From contig DAOVET010000041.1 of assembly GCA_030668825.1 (NCBI GenBank), forward strand, positions 1 to 21,353: a stretch of 21,353 nt of DNA. The letters run 5' to 3'. Shown here piece by piece: positions 16,867 through 21,353 of the stretch. The position numbers were made by a program, and so were the translations under genes. Numbering within the stretch: position 1 is the first letter of the stretch; every line of letters starts with the position of its first letter. The DNA is from Candidatus Heimdallarchaeota archaeon. GTDB taxonomy: Archaea > Asgardarchaeota > Heimdallarchaeia > Heimdallarchaeales > Heimdallarchaeaceae. Below the pieces are notes generated by a model. It ran no database searches. It worked only from the letters and a program-made list of their open reading frames with translations, and was not told the origin of the DNA.

Positions 16867-16952
16867 AAACTAACTCAGTTTTTTCCCTTAATTCTATTCT
16901 ATGTTTTCGTAAACAATTATCTTTATTAAGTTTCGACACTTCTTTGGTCAGT

Positions 16953-18182
16953 ATGTTAAAGAACAAATCTCCCTTCTCAATTTTTGCTGGTTTTACTCTA
17001 GCAGTAGCGGGTGGATTGTTTTTTAACCTTGGTGGATTAGCAGCTGGAAGTGCTGCAACTTTTTTACAATTTCTTTCTAGTTATATTCCTTGGATTTTCC
17101 TCATTTATCCATTATTATTAACAGTTAGAGGGGATATTAATGGAGTTCTAACCGGAAAACTTGGTACTGCATTACACCTAGGAACTCTAAAACCAACTTG
17201 GAGAAATAATACAAATAGATTCGTACATCTTATAATGCTTATTCTAATCTTAACAATATATGACTCTGTTTTGATAAGCATCGTAACCTCTATACTTGGA
17301 TTTCTTCTAAAATTAAATTTATTACCTATAGATGTTTTGAAAATTTTTGCTATAACTCTTACAACATTTACTCTTACAGCTATTATATCCTTGTCTATAA
17401 CTTTCGTTCTAACCTTTTTTATCTATAGAAAAAATGGGGATCCTGATGTATTTGCTTATCCAATAACTTCATCTATAAATGATATACTCATAACACTTAT
17501 TTTTGTAGCTGTTTGTTGGTTGTATAGACCTTGGAATCCTGTAGTGAAACTTCATTATTATCTCGGTATCCCAACGGTTATTTTTGTTATAGTTTTATTT
17601 GTGTTTTTGATAATAAAATTTAGAAAAGAAAAATATATTAGAAAAGGAATTGTGCAAACCTTACCAGTACTTACAATTACAAGTTTAATTGCTGCAGGTA
17701 CTGGTTCAGTTCTTGCTTCCTTTCCAGATATATTAAACTCTGTTCCAGTACTTATTGTCTTCTATCCTGCAATAATCAGTATTGTGGGTAGCCAAAGCTC
17801 AATTTTGGCTAATACCAGTACGACCAAACTACATTTAGGAACTATGACACCATCCTTTAAATCACTTAAGAACAAAGAATTATCAATTAATTTCTTTGGA
17901 ATAATAACAGCTGCTTTGATCGTAGTAACTGTAATGAGTCTTCTAGGAACAGCAATGTTTCCCAAGGGAATGACTATAGGATTGTATGGTTCAATACTAG
18001 GATTATTACTTCTAACCAATTTTCTATCATTTCTCTTAGTAGGTCTTATTGCTTTATCTGCTACATTCATTACTTTTCGATTAGGTATGGATCCTGATAA
18101 TCTAGTTAACCCACTTTTAAGCTCTAGTGCAGATCTGATAACAACTACAATTTTGGTTCTATTCTTCATTCTACTGTTTTAG
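16953..18182 (+). CDS. MgtE/SLC41-type divalent cation transporter (two MgtE membrane domains)
   Basis: Duplicated motifs PLLLTVRGDING...LGTALHLG / PAIISIVGSQ...TTKLHLG and DPDVFAYPITSSINDI / DPDNLVNPLLSSSADL, with about 10-11 TM segments. Confidence 0.88.
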   Translation: MLKNKSPFSIFAGFTLAVAGGLFFNLGGLAAGSAATFLQFLSSYIPWIFLIYPLLLTVRGDINGVLTGKLGTALHLGTLKPTWRNNTNRFVHLIMLILILTIYDSVLISIVTSILGFLLKLNLLPIDVLKIFAITLTTFTLTAIISLSITFVLTFFIYRKNGDPDVFAYPITSSINDILITLIFVAVCWLYRPWNPVVKLHYYLGIPTVIFVIVLFVFLIIKFRKEKYIRKGIVQTLPVLTITSLIAAGTGSVLASFPDILNSVPVLIVFYPAIISIVGSQSSILANTSTTKLHLGTMTPSFKSLKNKELSINFFGIITAALIVVTVMSLLGTAMFPKGMTIGLYGSILGLLLLTNFLSFLLVGLIALSATFITFRLGMDPDNLVNPLLSSSADLITTTILVLFFILLF

Positions 18183-18197
18183 CAAAATTGAAAAGAT

Positions 18198-18521
18198 CTA
18201 CTCCTTAGTCTCTCCAACAATCCAATCAGAATATTTTTGTGTATAATTATCATTTTTTATAGAAATTATTTGAGGAAGCTCATAGGAATGTATCTCTTCC
18301 AATTTCCTCTTGATTTTCTCAAATTTACTTTGAGTTGATTTAATAATTATTAGAAATTCTTTGGATTCTTCTAACTCTCCTTTCCAAGTACATATACTTT
18401 CTATGGGGTAAAACTGCACACAAGGAGATAGTTTCTCTTCAATCATGATATGAGCTATAGTTCTAGCTTCTTTCTCAGTCAGTACAGTGGTTTGGACTTG
18501 AATCAAATTATCTTTCATCAA
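18198..18521 (-). CDS. cutA: Divalent-cation tolerance protein CutA
   Basis: TTVLTEKEARTIA...KLSPCVQ..PIESICTWKGELEESKE...HSYELPQII matches CutA1. Confidence 0.9.
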   Translation of the reverse strand: MMKDNLIQVQTTVLTEKEARTIAHIMIEEKLSPCVQFYPIESICTWKGELEESKEFLIIIKSTQSKFEKIKRKLEEIHSYELPQIISIKNDNYTQKYSDWIVGETKE

Positions 18522-18571
18522 ATATACTTATTCGATAGCATTTTTAATAGTTCTCCTCTAAAAAATTGTAG

Positions 18572-19378
18572 TTACTTCTTTATCTTCTCAATAAAAATAG
18601 CTTTCTTCTCTTTATTTACAAGAATTGAACCTTCAACAAGCTCTGAAATAAGATTTAGTTCCTCATGTGTTAAATTGAGATTTTTCAAATTGTTTAGGAA
18701 GAAAAATATTTTACTGACTTGTTCTGGAAAATTTTCAAAGAAATATACTACTGTTGTATAATCAAGGAAATTTCCCATTATACCCATAATTTGCTGAACT
18801 TCCTTTTCACTTTCTTTTATTTGAGGTTTCAAGATTGTATAATATTCATGAATAAGGAAACTAACAAAATCATAATAATCTCCTCCAAAAGGAAATCTTT
18901 TTTCTAACATTGATTTAGCAAAATAAAGATAAGCATTGATATAAAACTCGATTTTTAGTATTATTGTTATTTCATTATCAAACCTTGGTGAATATTGAGG
19001 TAAATTGGCTGTAAAATTGTTAACAAAACTTAATACTTCTTCCAACTCTGCTTGTGAATAGAGAGAGACATTTTCTTTATTGAAATTGGGAAACAGAAAT
19101 TGAGGTATTCTAGCTAGTGTAAAAAGTATGTTCCTTTCATCTGTCTTCTTATTATCTGTCATGTATTTTGCAGTAATTGCAAGAATTAACAGTCTCTCTA
19201 TAGGATCTGGAAGGTTTTTCTTAATATTCCTCTGATTTCGAGATGTAGGGGATTCAATAACAATTGAATCATACTTACCAGATTCGATTTCATCTTCAAT
19301 TTGATTACTTAGGAGATTCAGAAATTCATGCATTGGAGCATATGTTTGAATTCGATCATCTGGATTATATCTTTTCAT
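18572..19378 (-). CDS. Hypothetical protein
   Basis: 268-aa ORF 10 nt downstream of the TPR-like gene, suggesting an operon. Confidence 0.7.
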   Translation of the reverse strand: MKRYNPDDRIQTYAPMHEFLNLLSNQIEDEIESGKYDSIVIESPTSRNQRNIKKNLPDPIERLLILAITAKYMTDNKKTDERNILFTLARIPQFLFPNFNKENVSLYSQAELEEVLSFVNNFTANLPQYSPRFDNEITIILKIEFYINAYLYFAKSMLEKRFPFGGDYYDFVSFLIHEYYTILKPQIKESEKEVQQIMGIMGNFLDYTTVVYFFENFPEQVSKIFFFLNNLKNLNLTHEELNLISELVEGSILVNKEKKAIFIEKIKK

Positions 19379-19388
19379 TTTTCAACAC

Positions 19389-20702
19389 TTATCGAAATTG
19401 TTTTACAAGTTCAAGGAATTGACCAATCATTTCAGAATAATGAAGTTCTCCTTTATCCAACATCCATTGATAGATATCGCTAATTTCATTTAGTGAGCTT
19501 TTCAGATCAGAACCTATACCTATTGATGAAATTTTATAAGATAATTGGAAAAATTGAGCCATTTTAGCTCTTATTTTATCATCATATCTCTCGAAAATAT
19601 CTATAATTCTATCAATTTCTGTAGGTATATCCATCTGTTCAAGCTGAGAAGAACCTTTTCCTCTTGGAACGCCTAAATACCCAGTTAGCCCAAGTATTCT
19701 TGCAGAATGAAACTGTAGTAATGCTGGTAAATATATGAAAACAGTTACAGCTTCCTCATATTCTAAATTCTGGTCTAGGAAATATTGTTTTGCTTTTTCG
19801 AAGGATTTGTAGGAATCTGATGGATTTCCTGTAGATTGATACAATCCTGCCATTAGTCTTCTGATTTTTGCTGTTAATTCTAGATGTTCAATACTTTCTG
19901 CAGTCAGTATTAACCTTTCACCTTTTTCAACTGCTTCTTCTGGAGTGATCCTTTCTGAACGAAGTTCCAATTCAACTCTTTGTGTATTGAAGATCAATGG
20001 ATGAAAATCATCAGGTTGATAGCGTTCCAAATATTCATCCATCAAATCAATCGTTTCTTCTGGTTCAGAAACAAATTGTGATAATATTATCTTCTTTTCA
20101 AAAGCTGACCTCTCAAAAGGCGAATCTTGGAAATATTTGAATGCTTCATCTACACTGGTGTATGCTTTGAGAACATCACCTTCTTCAGCATCGATCTGAG
20201 CTTCCAAAACTTGAAGTTCATAGAAATAAGGTTCATTACCTGTGCTTTTTGCTTTTTTCTTTAAGAAATGTACAATTTCTCTAGCATCTTCTAACTGATG
20301 ATAAACGATTTTAAGTTGGGCTTTCGTTTGCCAGAACCTAAAGAAGATTTGTGGATTTTCTTCAGATATTTGTTCTTCTTCTAATTCTTCCAACCATGCT
20401 TTTCCCTTTTCATAATCACCATAAGCAAAAAGAGTAGCTGTTAGTTCTAATATCACTAAATAATACTCTTCAATTAAGATTCTCTCTTTAGTTTGTTCAG
20501 CTAGCTCTTCCAAAATATCAATAGATTCAGCCTTAGATCCTAGAAGAGCACAACATCTAGCAATCTTTATTTCAACATCTCTAAGTTGATCTTCCTTACC
20601 AGACAAATAAAATACATCTCGAGCTTTAAGATACCAACGATAAGCATCTAGAAATTTAAACTGTGAAAACAACTCATCGCCTTTATCTCTTTCAGAGCTC
20701 AT
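19389..20702 (-). CDS. TPR-like alpha-solenoid protein
   Basis: Helical repeats such as KGDELFSQFKFLDAYRWYLKA and RLMAGLYQSTGNPSDSYKSFEKAKQYF. An AAGGT RBS-like site lies upstream. Confidence 0.75.
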   Translation of the reverse strand: MSSERDKGDELFSQFKFLDAYRWYLKARDVFYLSGKEDQLRDVEIKIARCCALLGSKAESIDILEELAEQTKERILIEEYYLVILELTATLFAYGDYEKGKAWLEELEEEQISEENPQIFFRFWQTKAQLKIVYHQLEDAREIVHFLKKKAKSTGNEPYFYELQVLEAQIDAEEGDVLKAYTSVDEAFKYFQDSPFERSAFEKKIILSQFVSEPEETIDLMDEYLERYQPDDFHPLIFNTQRVELELRSERITPEEAVEKGERLILTAESIEHLELTAKIRRLMAGLYQSTGNPSDSYKSFEKAKQYFLDQNLEYEEAVTVFIYLPALLQFHSARILGLTGYLGVPRGKGSSQLEQMDIPTEIDRIIDIFERYDDKIRAKMAQFFQLSYKISSIGIGSDLKSSLNEISDIYQWMLDKGELHYSEMIGQFLELVKQFR

Positions 20703-20822
20703 AAGAATTTACCTTATCTATTATTAGAGAAAATAACATTTAAACATTTAAAAAGATGTTTTTATCTCTAAAATTGTCATATTTCAAATAAGATATAAGA
20801 GTGAATAAGTAAATAAACAACA

Positions 20823-21353
20823 ATGAGTGAGTATTCTGAATACATGAAACAAGCCAAAAAAGAAGTAGAGCTTTGTTTGGATATTTGGAAGAATCTTTTT
20901 GCTGAGAATTATTCAAAAACGATAGAATATGCATACAGTAAGGGTTCTGCTATAAAAGAATGGGAGAGTTTTATCGATTATGTACCAATCTTAAGTGACG
21001 TAGATATTCACATCAAAGCTAAAGATTATTCGAATTTCTTTGTAGATGAATCTTCATTTTATGAATCAGTAAATCTTTCAGAAATGTACGAAACAAGATA
21101 TCTTGAGAAGAATCCAAAGTACTTCCATATACCAAGAACCCAGATTGTTAAACTGAATAAACTGATAGATGAACCTGATTTTATTCATCCAAGAGAGAGT
21201 GAGATAACTCCACTCATTGGAAAACCTGTTTTAATGGAAAATCCTTCTGATGAAATAATCAAGAAAGTTGACTTACAAAGCCTACTAGATTTAGAAGAAT
21301 TTTTACCTACACTATCCCTATCAATGATTGACAGAACAGGATTAGATCTTTGG
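20823..21353 (+). CDS. Pol-beta superfamily nucleotidyltransferase-like protein, 3' truncated (absent from ORF track)
   Basis: Open frame MSEYSEYMKQAKKEVELCLDIWKN...IEYAYSKGSAIKEWESFIDYVPILSDVDIHI continues to the window end and carries the GS...SDxD signature. Confidence 0.75.
   Translation, partial: MSEYSEYMKQAKKEVELCLDIWKNLFAENYSKTIEYAYSKGSAIKEWESFIDYVPILSDVDIHIKAKDYSNFFVDESSFYESVNLSEMYETRYLEKNPKYFHIPRTQIVKLNKLIDEPDFIHPRESEITPLIGKPVLMENPSDEIIKKVDLQSLLDLEEFLPTLSLSMIDRTGLDLW

Noticed and set aside
15384-20934. Short ORFs 15384-15575, 17762-18169, 18450-18761, 18719-18907 and 20740-20934
   Set aside because: Each overlaps a better-supported gene on the opposite strand.
1-21353. CRISPR array, transposase/integrase, rRNA/tRNA genes, stop-codon recoding
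   Set aside because: No repeat-spacer array or mobile-element gene was seen. TAA, TAG and TGA all terminate intact genes normally.

Overview
AT-rich (roughly 30% GC by eye) archaeal chromosomal segment read with the standard code. Archaeal origin is supported by BRE/TATA promoters, GGTGA/GGAGG ribosome-binding sites, oligo-T terminators and C-terminally anchored surface proteins. The gene content fits an Asgard (Heimdallarchaeia-like) archaeon, which is an inference. The left half carries the end of a saccharopine/lysine dehydrogenase, a Cys-rich membrane protein with an ABC-2 exporter, an LVIVD-repeat surface protein with a VPEF sorting tail, an unannotated M23 peptidase pseudogene, a secreted protein, and a DUF5320-like + DUF134 pair converging on a COG0731-type radical SAM gene. 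The right half carries a three-gene 2-hydroxyacyl-CoA dehydratase/activase-like cluster, a small Cys/His-rich protein, two TPR-like solenoids, a PadR-methyltransferase-fold fusion, an MgtE/SLC41 transporter, CutA and a partial nucleotidyltransferase missed by the ORF track. The top candidate novelty is a ~147-nt, ~50% GC, multi-helix structured RNA on the minus strand (8652-8798) with its own TATA box, upstream of the radical SAM gene. In the same module, promoters share a 14-bp palindrome (putative DUF134 operator) and one gene may start at ACG.
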